NCBI GenBank assembly: GCA_032718475.1
Contig: JAUCBJ010008176.1
Coordinates: forward strand, 21,263 to 85,262
Direction: 5' to 3'
Length of the DNA: 64,000 nucleotides
Origin: Nemertoderma westbladi
Taxonomy: Eukaryota > Animalia > Xenacoelomorpha
Each line of letters opens with the position of its first letter. Position 1 is the stretch's first letter. The notes beneath the pieces were generated by a model that was given only the letters and a program-made list of their open reading frames with translations, ran no database searches and was not told the origin of the DNA. Below are positions 1 through 13,180 of this stretch, one piece after another. A program made the position numbers and the translations under genes.

Positions 1-51
1 AGTTCACTATAATTTATTGTTCAGTAAAATGTATCCCTTGCTTAAAGATAA

Positions 52-220
52 AAGGGGCACGGTACATATACAAGGATATAAGGGGCAAGGTACATATACA
101 AGGATATAAGGGGCCCGGTACATATACAAGGATATAAGGGGCACGGTACATATACAAGGATATAAGGGGCACGACGGTACATATACAAGGATATAAGGGG
201 CACGGTACATAAGGATATAA
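52..220. repeat. 28-bp minisatellite (AAGGATATAAGGGGCACGGTACATATAC), about 6 copies
   Basis: Direct tandem periodicity of 28 bp. ORFs 7..210 and 42..227 are translations of it. Confidence 0.9.
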
Positions 221-240
221 ACTTCAAACCCTAGCTAGAA

Positions 241-3200
241 TGATTTCATTGAACTTATTGTATTTCAACTCACCAACCTACATATGGTTGATTTTATATA
301 AACGCTCATTGAACTTATTGCATTTCAACTCACCCACCGACATAAGTTGATTTTATATAAACGCTCATTGAACTTATTGTATTTCAACTCACACACCTAC
401 ATAAGTTGATTTTATATAAACGCTCATTGAACTTATTGCATTTCAACTCACCCACCTACATAAGTTGATTTTATATAAACGCTCATTGAACTTATTGTAT
501 TTCAACTCACCAACCTACATATGGTTGATTTTATATAAACGCTCATTGAACTTATTGCATTTCAACTCACCCACCTACATATGGTTGATTTTATATAAAC
601 GCTCATTGAACTTATTGTATTTCAACTCACACACCTACATAAGTTGATTTTATATAAACGCTCATTGAACTTATTGTATTTCAACTCACCAACCTACATA
701 TGGTTGATTTTATATAAACGCTCATTGAACTTATTGCATTTCAACTCACCCACCTACATATGGGTGATTTTATATAAACGCTCATTGAACTTATTGTATT
801 TCAACTCACCAACCTACATATGGTTGATTTTATATAAACGCTCATTGAACTTATTGTATTTCAACTCACCAACCTACATATGGTTGATTTTATATAAACA
901 CTCATTGAACTTATTGCATTTCAACTCACCCACCTACATATGGTTGATTTTATATAAACGCTCATTGAACTTATTGCATTTCAACTCACCCACCTACATA
1001 AGTTGATTTTATATAAACGCTCATTGAACTTATTGTATTTCAACTCACCAACCTACATATGGTTGATTTTATATAAACGCTCATTGAACTTATTGCATTT
1101 CAACTCACCCACCTACATAAGTTGATTTTATATAAACGCTCATTGAACTTATTGTATTTCAACTCACCAACCTACATATGGTTGATTTTATATAAACGCT
1201 CATTGAACTTATTGCATTTCAACTCACCCACCTACATAAGTTGATTTTATATAAACGCTCATTGAACTTATTGTATTTCAACTCACCCACCTACATATAG
1301 TTGATTTTATATAAACGCTCATTGAACTTATTGCATTTCAACTCACCCACCTACATAAGTTGATTTTATATAAACGCTCATTGAATTTATTGTATTTCAA
1401 CTCACCCACCTACATATGGTTAATTTTATATAAACGCTCATTGAACTTATTGTATTTCAACTCACCCACCTACATAAGTTGATTTTATATAAACGCTCAT
1501 TGAACTTATTGTATTTCAACTCACCCACCTACATATAGTTGATTTTATATAAACGCTCATTGAACTTATTGCATTTCAACTCACCCACCTACATAAGTTG
1601 ATTTTATATAAACGCTCATTGAATTTATTGTATTTCAACTCACCCACCTACATAAGTTGATTTTATATAAACGCTCATTGAATTTATTGTATTTCAACTC
1701 ACCCACCTACATATGGTTAATTTTATATAAACGCTCATTGAACTTATTGTATTTCAACTCACCCACCTACATAAGTTGATTTTATATAAACGCTCATTGA
1801 ACTTATTGCATTTCAACTCACCCACCTACATAAGTTGATTTTATATAAACGCTCATTGAACTTATTGTATTTCAACTCACCAACCTACATATGGTTGATT
1901 TTATATAAACGCTCATTGAACTTATTGCATTTCAACTCACCCACCTACATAAGTTGATTTTATATAAACGCTCATTGAACTTATTGTATTTCAACTCACC
2001 AACCTACATATGGTTGATTTTATATAAACGCTCATTGAACTTATTGCATTTCAACTCACCCACCTACATAAGTTGATTTTATATAAACGCTCATTGAACT
2101 TATTGTATTTCAACTCACCAACCTACATATGGTTGATTTTATATAAACGCTCATTGAACTTATTGCATTTCAACTCACACACCTACATAAGTTGATTTTA
2201 TATAAACGCTCATTGAACTTATTGCATTTCAACTCACCCACCTACATAAGTTGATTTTATATAAACGCTCATTGAACTTATTGTATTTCAACTCACCCAC
2301 CTACATATAGTTGATTTTATATAAACGCTCATTGAACTTATTGTATTTCAACTCACCCACCTACATATAGTTGATTTTATATAAACGCTCATTGAACTTA
2401 TTGCATTTCAACTCACCCACCTACATAAGTTGATTTTATATAAACGCTCATTGAATTTATTGTATTTCAACTCACCCACCTACATATGGTTAATTTTATA
2501 TAAACGCTCATTGAACTTATTGTATTTCAACTCACCCACCTACATATGGGTGATTTTATATAAACGCTCATTGAACTTATTGCATTTCAACTCACCCACC
2601 TACATAAGTTGATTTTATATAAACGCTCATTGAATTTATTGTATTTCAACTCACCCACCTACATATGGTTAATTTTATATAAACGCTCATTGAACTTCTT
2701 GTATTTCAACTCACCCACCTACATATAGTTGATTTTATATAAACGCTCATTGAACTTATTGCATTTCAACTCACCCACCTACATAAGTTGATTTTATATA
2801 AACGCTCATTGAATTTATTGTATTTCAACTCACCCACCTACATATGGTTAATTTTATATAAACGCTCATTGAACTTATTGTATTTCAACTCACCCACCTA
2901 CATATGGGTGATTTTATATAAACGCTCATTGAACTTATTGCATTTCAACTCACCCACCTACATATGGGTGATTTTATATAAACGCTCATTGAACTTATTG
3001 CATTTCAACTCACCCACCTACATATGGTTGATTTTATATAAACGCTCATTGAACTTATTGTATTTCAACTCACCCACCTACATATGGTTGATTTTATATA
3101 AACGCTCATTGAACTTATTGTATTTCAACTCACCCACCTACATAAGTTGATTTTATATAAACGCTCATTGAACTTATTGTATTTCAACTCACCCACCTAC

Positions 3201-3291
3201 ATATGGTTGATTTTATATAAACGCTCATTGAACTTATTGCATTTCAACTCACCCACCTACATATGGTTGATTTTATATAAACGCTCATTGA
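241..3291. repeat. 59/60-bp tandem satellite, about 50 copies
   Basis: Unit TTGATTTTATATAAACGCTCATTGAACTTATTGYATTTCAACTCACCMACCTACATATGG, with a 59-bp variant ending ACATAAG. Confidence 0.97.
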
Positions 3292-3455
3292 ATTTTCATC
3301 GGCCCAATCAATTCACTATCATTAGGCAATTTATCATTAAGCGTATTTTTTCCATCTTTCCAAACAGTCTGGGAAACTTCTTATGGGGTATTTTGGTATT
3401 CACGTGCTGCGCGAAGACCTTTATTTTTTGACTAGTTTTTGTAGATTAAATTGAA

Positions 3456-6400
3456 ATGTGGGGAGAAAGGAATGTGGGAAAATGGGAATGTGGGAAGATG
3501 GGAATGTGGGAAGGTGGATGGGAATGTGGGAAGGTGGATGGGAATGTGAGAAGATGGGGAATTGGGAAGACGGGGATGCAGAAAGATGGGAATGTGGGAA
3601 GATGGGAATGCAGGAAGATGGGAATGTGGGAAGATGGATGGGAATGTGGGAAAATGGATGGGAATGTGGTAAGATGGATGGGAATGTGGTATGGTGTCTA
3701 GATGGGCATGTGATGGAAGATGGATTGGAATGTGGGGAGATGGATGGGAATGTGAGAAGATGGGGAATTGGGAAGATGGGAATGCAGGAATGTGGGAAGA
3801 TGGGAATGCAGGAAGATGGAAATATGGGAAGATGGGAATGCAGGAAGATGGGAATGTGGGAAGACGGAAATGTGAGAAGATGGGGAATTGATAAGACAGG
3901 AATGCAGGAAGATGGGAATGTGGGAAGACGGGAATGCAGGGAGATGGGAATGTGGGAAGACGGGAATGCAGGAAGATGGGAATGTGGGAAGACGGGAATT
4001 GGGAAGACGGGAATGTGGGAAGACGGGAATGTGGGAAGATGGGAATGTGGAAAGATGGAAATGCAGGAAGATGGGAATGTGGGAAGACGGGAATGCAGGA
4101 AGATGTGAATGTGGGAAGACGGGAATGCAGGAAGATGGGAATGTGTGAAGACGGGAATGCAGGAAGATGGGAATGTGGGAAGACGGGAATGCAGGAAGAT
4201 GGGAATGTGGGAAGACGGGAATTGGGAAGACGGGAATGTGGGAAGACGGGAATGCAGGAAGATGGGAATGTGGGAAGACGGGAATTTGGAAGACGGGAAT
4301 GTGGGAAGACTGGAATGTGGGAAGATGGAAATGTGTGAAGATGGAAATGCTGGAATATGGGAATGTGGGAAGTCGGGAATGCAGGGCGACGGGAATGTGG
4401 TAAGGTGTCTATATGGGCATGTGATGGAAGATCGATGGGAATGTGGTAAGGTGTCTAGATGGGCATGTGATGGAAGAAAGATGGGAATGTGGGAAAATGG
4501 ATGGGAATGTGGGAAGTTGGGGAATTGGGAAGACGGGAAAGCAGGAAGATGGGAATGTGGGAAGACGGGAATGCAGGAAGATGGGAATGTGGGAAGACGG
4601 GAATGCAGGAAGATGGTAATGTGGGAAGATGGGAATGCAGGAAGATGGGAATGTGGGAAGACGGGAATTGGGAAGACGGGAATGTGGGAAGACGGGAATG
4701 CAGGAAGATGGGAATGTGGGAAGACGGGAATTTGGAAGACGGGAATGTGGGAAGACTGGAATGTGGGAAGATGGAAATGTGTGAAGATGGAAATGCTGGA
4801 ATATGGGAATGTGGGAAGTCGGGAATGCAGGGCGACGGGAATGTGGTAAGGTGTCTATATGGGCATGTGATGGAAGATCGATGGGAATGTGGGAAGATGG
4901 ATTGGAATGTGGGAAGATGGGGAATTGGGAAGACGGGAATGCAGGAAGATGAGATTGTGGGAAGACGGGAATGTGGTAAGGTGTCTAGATGGGCATGTGA
5001 TGGAAGATGGATTAGAATGTGGGAAGATGGATGGGAATGTGAGAAGATGGGGAATTGGGAAGACGGGAATGCAGGAAGATGGGAATATGGGAAGACTGGA
5101 ATGTGGTAAGGTGTCTAGATGGACATGTGATGGAAGATGGATTGGAATGTGGGAAGATGGATGGGAATGTGAGAAGATGGGGAATTGGGAAGATGGGGAA
5201 TTGGGTAGACGGGAATGTGGTAAGGTGTCTAGATGGGCATGTGATGGAAGATGGATTAGAATGTGGGAAGATGGATGGGAATGCAGGAAGATGGGAATAT
5301 GGGAAGACGGGAATGTGGTAAGGTGTCTAGATGGACATGTGATGGAAGATGGATTGGAATGTGGGAAGATGGATGGGAATGTGAGAAAATGGATGGGAAT
5401 GTGGGAAGATGGGGAATTGGGTAGACGGGAATGCAGGAAGATGGGAATGTGGGAAGACGGGAATGCAGGAAGATAATTTGGGTTCTGATTATTTCTACAG
5501 ATTCTCGCAGTCGTACCGGTCTCATACAGTTTGACACTGTTGACGATGCTGTTACAGCTGTGTTGCTAGGGAATGTGGTAAGGTGTCTAGATGGGCATGT
5601 GATGGAAGATGGATTGGAATGTGGGAAGATGGATGGGAATGTGAGAAGATGGGGAATTGGGAAGACGGGAATGCAGGAAGATGGGAATGTGGTAAGGTGT
5701 CTAGATGGACATGTGATGGAAGATGGATTGGAATGTGGGAAGATGGATGGGAATGTGAGAAGATGGGGAATTGGGAAGATGGGAATGTGGTAAGGTGTCT
5801 AGATGGGCATGTGATGGAAGATGGATTGGAATATGGGAAGATGGATGGGAATGTTAGAAGATGGGGAATTGGGAAGATGGGAATGCAGGAAGACGGGAAT
5901 GCAGGAAGATGGATGGGAATGTGGGAAAATGGATGGGAATGTGGGAAGATGGATGGGAATGTGGGAAGATGGATGGGAATGTGGGAAGATGGATGGGAAT
6001 GTGGGGAAATTGATGAGAATGTGGGAAGATGGGGAATTGGGAAGATGGGAATGCAGGAAGACGGGAATGCAGGAAGATGGATGGGAATGTGGGAAAATGG
6101 ATGGGAATGTGGGAAGATGGATGGGAATGTGGGAAGATGGATGGGAATGTGGGAAGATGGATGGGAATGTGGGGAAATGGATGGGAAGGTGGGAAGACGG
6201 GAATGCAGGAAGATGGGAATGTGGGAAGACGGGAATTGGGAAGACGGGAATGTGGGAAGGTGTCTAGATGGGCATGTGATGGAAGATGGATTGGAATGTG
6301 GGAAGATGGATGGGAATGTGAGAAGATGGGGAATTGGGAAGATGGGAATATGGTAAGGTGTCTAGATGGGCATGTGATGGAAGATGGATTGGAATATGGG

Positions 6401-9400
6401 AAGATGGATGGGAATGTGAGAAGATGGGGAATTGGGAAGACGGGGATGCAGAAAGATGGGAATGTGGGAAGATGGGAATGTGGGAAAATGGGAATGTGGG
6501 AAGACGGATGGGGATGTGAGAAGATGGGGAATTGGGAAGATGGGAATGCAGGAAGACGGGAATGCAGGAAGATGGATGGGAATGTGGGAAAATGGATGGG
6601 AATGTGGGAAGATGGATGGGAATGTGGGAAGATGGATGGGAATGTGGGAAGATGGATGGGAATGTGGGGAAATGGATGGGAATGTGGGAAGACGGGAATG
6701 CAGGAAGATGGGAATGTGGGAAGACGGGAATTGGGAAGACGGGAATGTGGGAAGACTGGAATGTGGGAAGATGGAAATCTGTGAAGATGGAAATGCTGGA
6801 ATATAATGTGGGAAGACGGGAATGCAGGGCGACGGGAATGTGGGAAGACTGGAATGTGGGAAGATGGAAATGTGTGAAGATGGAAATGCTGGAATATGGG
6901 AATGTGGGAAGACGGGAATGCAGGGCGACGGGAATGCAGGAATATGGATGGAAATGTGGGGAAATTGATGGGAATGTGGGAAGATGGGGAATTGGGAAGA
7001 TGGGAATGCAGGAAGACGGGAATGCAGGAAGATGGATGGGAATGTGGGAAAATGGATGGGAATGTGGGAAGATGGATGGGAATGTGGGAAGATGGATGGG
7101 AATGTGGGAAGATGGATGGGAATGTGGGAAGATGGTAATGGTGGGAGATGGGAATGTGGGAAGACGGGAATGCAGGAAGATGGGAATGTGGTAAGGTGTC
7201 TAGATGGACATGTGATGGAAGATGGATTGGAATATGGGAAGATGGATGGGAATGTGAGAAGATGGGGAATTGGGAAGACGGGAATGCAGGAAGATGGGAA
7301 TGTGGGAAGACGGGAATGCAGGAAGATGGGAATGTGGGAAGACGGGAATGTGGTAAGGTGTCTAGATGGGCATGTGATGGAAGATGGAATGGAATGTGGG
7401 AAGATGGATGGGAATGTGCGAAAATGGATGGGAATGTGGGAAGACGGGAATGTGGTAAGGTGTCTAGATGGGCATGTGATGGAAGATGGATTGGAATGTG
7501 GGAAGATGGATGGGAATGTGGGAAAATGGATGGGAATGTGGGAAGACGGGAATGTGGTAAGGTGTCTAGATGGGCATGTGATGGAAGATGGATTGGAATG
7601 TGGGAAGATGGATGAGAATGTGGGAAAATGGATGGGAATGTGGTAAGATGGGGAATTGAGTAGACGGGAATGCAGGAAGATGGGAATGTGGGAAGACGGG
7701 AATGCAGGAACATGGGAATGTGGGAAGACGGGAATGTGGTAAGGTGTCTAGATAGGCATGTGATGGAAGATGGATTGGAATGTGGGAAGATAGATGGGAA
7801 TGTGGGAAAATGGATGGGAATGTGGGAAGACAGGAATGTGGTAAGGTGTCTAGATGGACATGTGATGGAAGATGGATTGGAATGTGGGAAGATGGATGAG
7901 AATGAGGGAAAATGGATGGGAATGTGGGAAGATGGATGGGAATGCGGGAAGATGGATGGGAAAGTGGGGAGATGGATTGGAATGTGGGAAGATGGATGGG
8001 AATCTGGGAAGAAGGATGGGAATGTGGAAAGATAGATGGGAATATTGGAAGATGATAATGCGGGAAGACGGGAATGTGGTAAGGTGTCTAAATAGGCATG
8101 TGATGGAATATAGATGGGAATGTGGGAAGATGGATGGGAATGTGAGAAGATGGATGGGAATGTGGGAAGGTGGATGGGAATGTGGGGAGATGGATGGGAA
8201 TGTGGGGAGATGGATGGGAATGTGGGAAGATGGATGGGAATGTAGGAAGATGGATGGGAATGTAGGAAGGTGGATGGGAATGTGGAAATAAGGATGGCAA
8301 TGTGGAAAGATGGATGGGAATGTGGGAAGATGGATGGGAATGTGGAAAGATGGATGGGAATGTGAAAAGATGGATAGGAATGTGGAAAGATGTATGGGAC
8401 TGTGAGAAGATTGGGAATTGGGAAGACGGGAATGCAGGAAGATGGGAATGTGGGAAGACGGGAATGTGGTAAGGTGTCTAGATGGGCATGTGATGGAAGA
8501 TGGATTGGAATGTGGGAAGATGGATGGGAATGTGGGAAAATGGATGGGAATGTGGGAAGACGGGAATGTGGTAAGGTGTCTAGATGGGCATGTGATGGAA
8601 GATGGATTGGAATGTGGGAAGATGGATGAGAATGTGGGAAAATGGATGGGAATGTGGGAAGATGGGGAATTGGGTAGACGGGAATGCAGGAAGATGGGAA
8701 TGTGGGAAGACGGGAATGTGGTAAGGTGTCTAGATGGGCATGTGATGGAAGATGGATTGGAATGTGGGAAGATGGATGGGAATGTGGGAAAATGGATGGG
8801 AATGTGGGAAGACGGGAATGTGGTAAGGTGTCTAGATGGGCATGTGATGGAAGATGGATTGGAATGTGGGAAGATGGATGGGAATGTGGGAAAATGGATG
8901 GGAATGTGGGAAGACGGGAATGTGGTAAGGTGTCTAGATGGGCATGTGATGGAAGATGGATTGGAATGTGGGAAGATGGATGAGAATGAGAGAAAATGGA
9001 TGGGAATATTGGGAAGATGGATGGGAATGTGGGAAGATGGATGGGAAAGTGGGGAGATGGATTGGAATGTGGGGAGATGGATGGGAATCTGGGAAGATGG
9101 ATGGGAATGTGGGAAGATAGATGGGAATATTGGAAGATGATAATTCGGGAAGACGGGAATGTTGTAAGGTGTCTAAATAGGCATGTGATGGAAGATAGAT
9201 GGGAATGTGGGAAGATGGATGGGAATGTGAGAAGATGGATGGGAATGTGGGGAGATGGATGGGAATGTGGGGAGACGGATGGGGATGTGAGAAGATGGGG
9301 AATTGGGAAGATGGGAATGCAGGAAGACGGGAATGCAGGAAGATGGATGGGAATGTGGGAAAATGGATGGGAATGTGGGAAGATGGATGGGAATGTGGGA

Positions 9401-12400
9401 AGATGGATGGGAATGTGGGAAGATGGATGGGAATGTGGGGAAATGGATGGGAATGTGGGAAGACGGGAATGCAGGAAGATGGGAATGTGGGAAGACGGGA
9501 ATTGGGAAGACGGGAATGTGGGAAGACTGGAATGTGGGAAGATGGAAATCTGTGAAGATGGAAATGCTGGAATATAATGTGGGAAGACGGGAATGCAGGG
9601 CGACGGGAATGTGGGAAGACTGGAATGTGGGAAGATGGAAATGTGTGAAGATGGAAATGCTGGAATATGGGAATGTGGGAAGACGGGAATGCAGGGCGAC
9701 GGGAATGCAGGAATATGGATGGAAATGTGGGGAAATTGATGGGAATGTGGGAAGATGGGGAATTGGGAAGATGGGAATGCAGGAAGACGGGAATGCAGGA
9801 AGATGGATGGGAATGTGGGAAAATGGATGGGAATGTGGGAAGATGGATGGGAATGTGGGAAGATGGATGGGAATGTGGGAAGATGGATGGGAATGTGGGA
9901 AGATGGTAATGGTGGGAGATGGGAATGTGGGAAGACGGGAATGCAGGAAGATGGGAATGTGGTAAGGTGTCTAGATGGACATGTGATGGAAGATGGATTG
10001 GAATATGGGAAGATGGATGGGAATGTGAGAAGATGGGGAATTGGGAAGACGGGAATGCAGGAAGATGGGAATGTGGGAAGACGGGAATGCAGGAAGATGG
10101 GAATGTGGGAAGACGGGAATGTGGTAAGGTGTCTAGATGGGCATGTGATGGAAGATGGAATGGAATGTGGGAAGATGGATGGGAATGTGCGAAAATGGAT
10201 GGGAATGTGGGAAGACGGGAATGTGGTAAGGTGTCTAGATGGGCATGTGATGGAAGATGGATTGGAATGTGGGAAGATGGATGGGAATGTGGGAAAATGG
10301 ATGGGAATGTGGGAAGACGGGAATGTGGTAAGGTGTCTAGATGGGCATGTGATGGAAGATGGATTGGAATGTGGGAAGATGGATGAGAATGTGGGAAAAT
10401 GGATGGGAATGTGGTAAGATGGGGAATTGAGTAGACGGGAATGCAGGAAGATGGGAATGTGGGAAGACGGGAATGCAGGAACATGGGAATGTGGGAAGAC
10501 GGGAATGTGGTAAGGTGTCTAGATAGGCATGTGATGGAAGATGGATTGGAATGTGGGAAGATAGATGGGAATGTGGGAAAATGGATGGGAATGTGGGAAG
10601 ACAGGAATGTGGTAAGGTGTCTAGATGGACATGTGATGGAAGATGGATTGGAATGTGGGAAGATGGATGAGAATGAGGGAAAATGGATGGGAATGTGGGA
10701 AGATGGATGGGAATGCGGGAAGATGGATGGGAAAGTGGGGAGATGGATTGGAATGTGGGAAGATGGATGGGAATCTGGGAAGAAGGATGGGAATGTGGAA
10801 AGATAGATGGGAATATTGGAAGATGATAATGCGGGAAGACGGGAATGTGGTAAGGTGTCTAAATAGGCATGTGATGGAATATAGATGGGAATGTGGGAAG
10901 ATGGATGGGAATGTGAGAAGATGGATGGGAATGTGGGAAGGTGGATGGGAATGTGGGGAGATGGATGGGAATGTGGGGAGATGGATGGGAATGTGGGAAG
11001 ATGGATGGGAATGTAGGAAGATGGATGGGAATGTAGGAAGGTGGATGGGAATGTGGAAATAAGGATGGCAATGTGGAAAGATGGATGGGAATGTGGGAAG
11101 ATGGATGGGAATGTGGAAAGATGGATGGGAATGTGAAAAGATGGATAGGAATGTGGAAAGATGTATGGGACTGTGAGAAGATTGGGAATTGGGAAGACGG
11201 GAATGCAGGAAGATGGGAATGTGGGAAGACGGGAATGTGGTAAGGTGTCTAGATGGGCATGTGATGGAAGATGGATTGGAATGTGGGAAGATGGATGGGA
11301 ATGTGGGAAAATGGATGGGAATGTGGGAAGACGGGAATGTGGTAAGGTGTCTAGATGGGCATGTGATGGAAGATGGATTGGAATGTGGGAAGATGGATGA
11401 GAATGTGGGAAAATGGATGGGAATGTGGGAAGATGGGGAATTGGGTAGACGGGAATGCAGGAAGATGGGAATGTGGGAAGACGGGAATGTGGTAAGGTGT
11501 CTAGATGGGCATGTGATGGAAGATGGATTGGAATGTGGGAAGATGGATGGGAATGTGGGAAAATGGATGGGAATGTGGGAAGACGGGAATGTGGTAAGGT
11601 GTCTAGATGGGCATGTGATGGAAGATGGATTGGAATGTGGGAAGATGGATGGGAATGTGGGAAAATGGATGGGAATGTGGGAAGACGGGAATGTGGTAAG
11701 GTGTCTAGATGGGCATGTGATGGAAGATGGATTGGAATGTGGGAAGATGGATGAGAATGAGAGAAAATGGATGGGAATATTGGGAAGATGGATGGGAATG
11801 TGGGAAGATGGATGGGAAAGTGGGGAGATGGATTGGAATGTGGGGAGATGGATGGGAATCTGGGAAGATGGATGGGAATGTGGGAAGATAGATGGGAATA
11901 TTGGAAGATGATAATGCGGGAAGACGGGAATGTTGTAAGGTGTCTAAATAGGCATGTGATGGAAGATAGATGGGAATGTGGGAAGATGGATGGGAATGTG
12001 AGAAGATGGATGGGAATGTGGGGAGATGGATGGGAATGTGGGGAGATGGATGGGAATGTGGGGAGATGGATGGGAATGTGGGAAGATGGATGAGAATGTG
12101 GGAAGATGGATGGGAATGTGGAACGATGTATGGGAATGTGGGAACATGGATGGGAATGTGGGAAGATGGATGGGAATGTAGGAAGGTGGATGGGAATGTG
12201 GAAATAAGGATGGGAATGTGGAAAGATGGATGGGAATGTGGGAAAATGGATGGGAATGTGAGAAGATGGATGGGAATGTGGAAAGATGCATGGGAATGTG
12301 GGAAAATGGATGGGAATGTGGGAATGTAGGAAGATGGATGGGAATGTGGAAATATGGATGGGAATGTGGAAAGATGGATGGGAATGTAAGAAGATGGATG

Positions 12401-13180
12401 GGAATGTGGAAAGATGGATAGGAATGTGGGAAGATGGATGGGAATGTGGGAAGATGGATGGGAATGTTGGAAGATGGAGGGGAATGTGGAAAGATGGATG
12501 GAATGTGGGGAGATGGATGAGAATGAGAGAAAATGGATGGGAATGTGGGAATATGGATGGGAATGTAGGAAGATGGATGGGAATGTGGAAATATGGATGG
12601 GAATGTGGAAAGATGGATGGGAATGTAAGAAGATGGATGGGAATGTGGAAAGATGGATAGGAATGTGGGAAGATGGATGGGAATGTGGAAAGATGGATGG
12701 GAATGTAAGAAGATGGATGGGAATGTGGAAAGATGGATAGGAATGTGGGAAAATGGATGGGAATGTGGGAATATGGATGGGAATGTAGGAAGATGGATGG
12801 GAATGTGGAAATATGGATGGGAATGTGGAAAGATGGATGGGAATGTAAGAAGATGGATGGGAATGTGGAAAGATGGATAGGAATGTGGGAAGATGGATGG
12901 GAATGTGGAAAGATGGATGGGAATGTAAGAAGATGGATGGGAATGTGGAAAGATGGATAGGAATGTGGGAAGATGGATGGGAATGTAGGAAGGTGGATGG
13001 GAATGTGGAAATAAGGATGGCAATGTGGAAAGATGGATGGGAATGTGGGGAGATGGATGGAAGGTGGAAAGATGGATGGGAATGTGGAAAGATGGATGGG
13101 AATGTGGGAAAATGGATTGGAATGTTGGAAGACGGATTGGAATGTCGGAAGATGGTAACGGTGGGAGATGGGAATGCGGG
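3456..13180. repeat. Complex purine-rich satellite built on GGGAATGTGGGAAGATG(GATG) with a recurring GGGAATGTGGTAAGGTGTCTAGATGGGCATGTGATGG module
   Basis: Continuous degenerate 16/20-bp units with strong strand asymmetry. Contains a 2771-bp internal tandem duplication (identical ORFs at 6532/9303, 7670/10441, 8418/11189). Confidence 0.97.
5501..5577 (+). CDS. Isolated internal exon, RRM fragment resembling hnRNP L/PTB-family RRM4 (xSRSRTGLIQFDTVDDAVTAVLLGNV)
   Basis: Only non-repetitive island in the satellite. Branch-like TTCTGAT, acceptor ATTTCTACAG|, 77 nt open (phase 1 in, phase 0 out), donor GTG|GTAAGG. Peptide fits the RRM beta3-helix2 pattern (GLIxF...DAV.A...N). Family call is from memory, not from a search. 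Confidence 0.65.

Noticed and set aside
465-3290. 60-bp unit translates as SLNLLHFNSP, reminiscent of hnRNP L RRM4 (NVLHFFNAP)
   Set aside because: Needs a gap, 59-bp units break frame, there are no plus-strand splice signals, and the unit is better explained as a relative of the 50-bp array. Probably chance.
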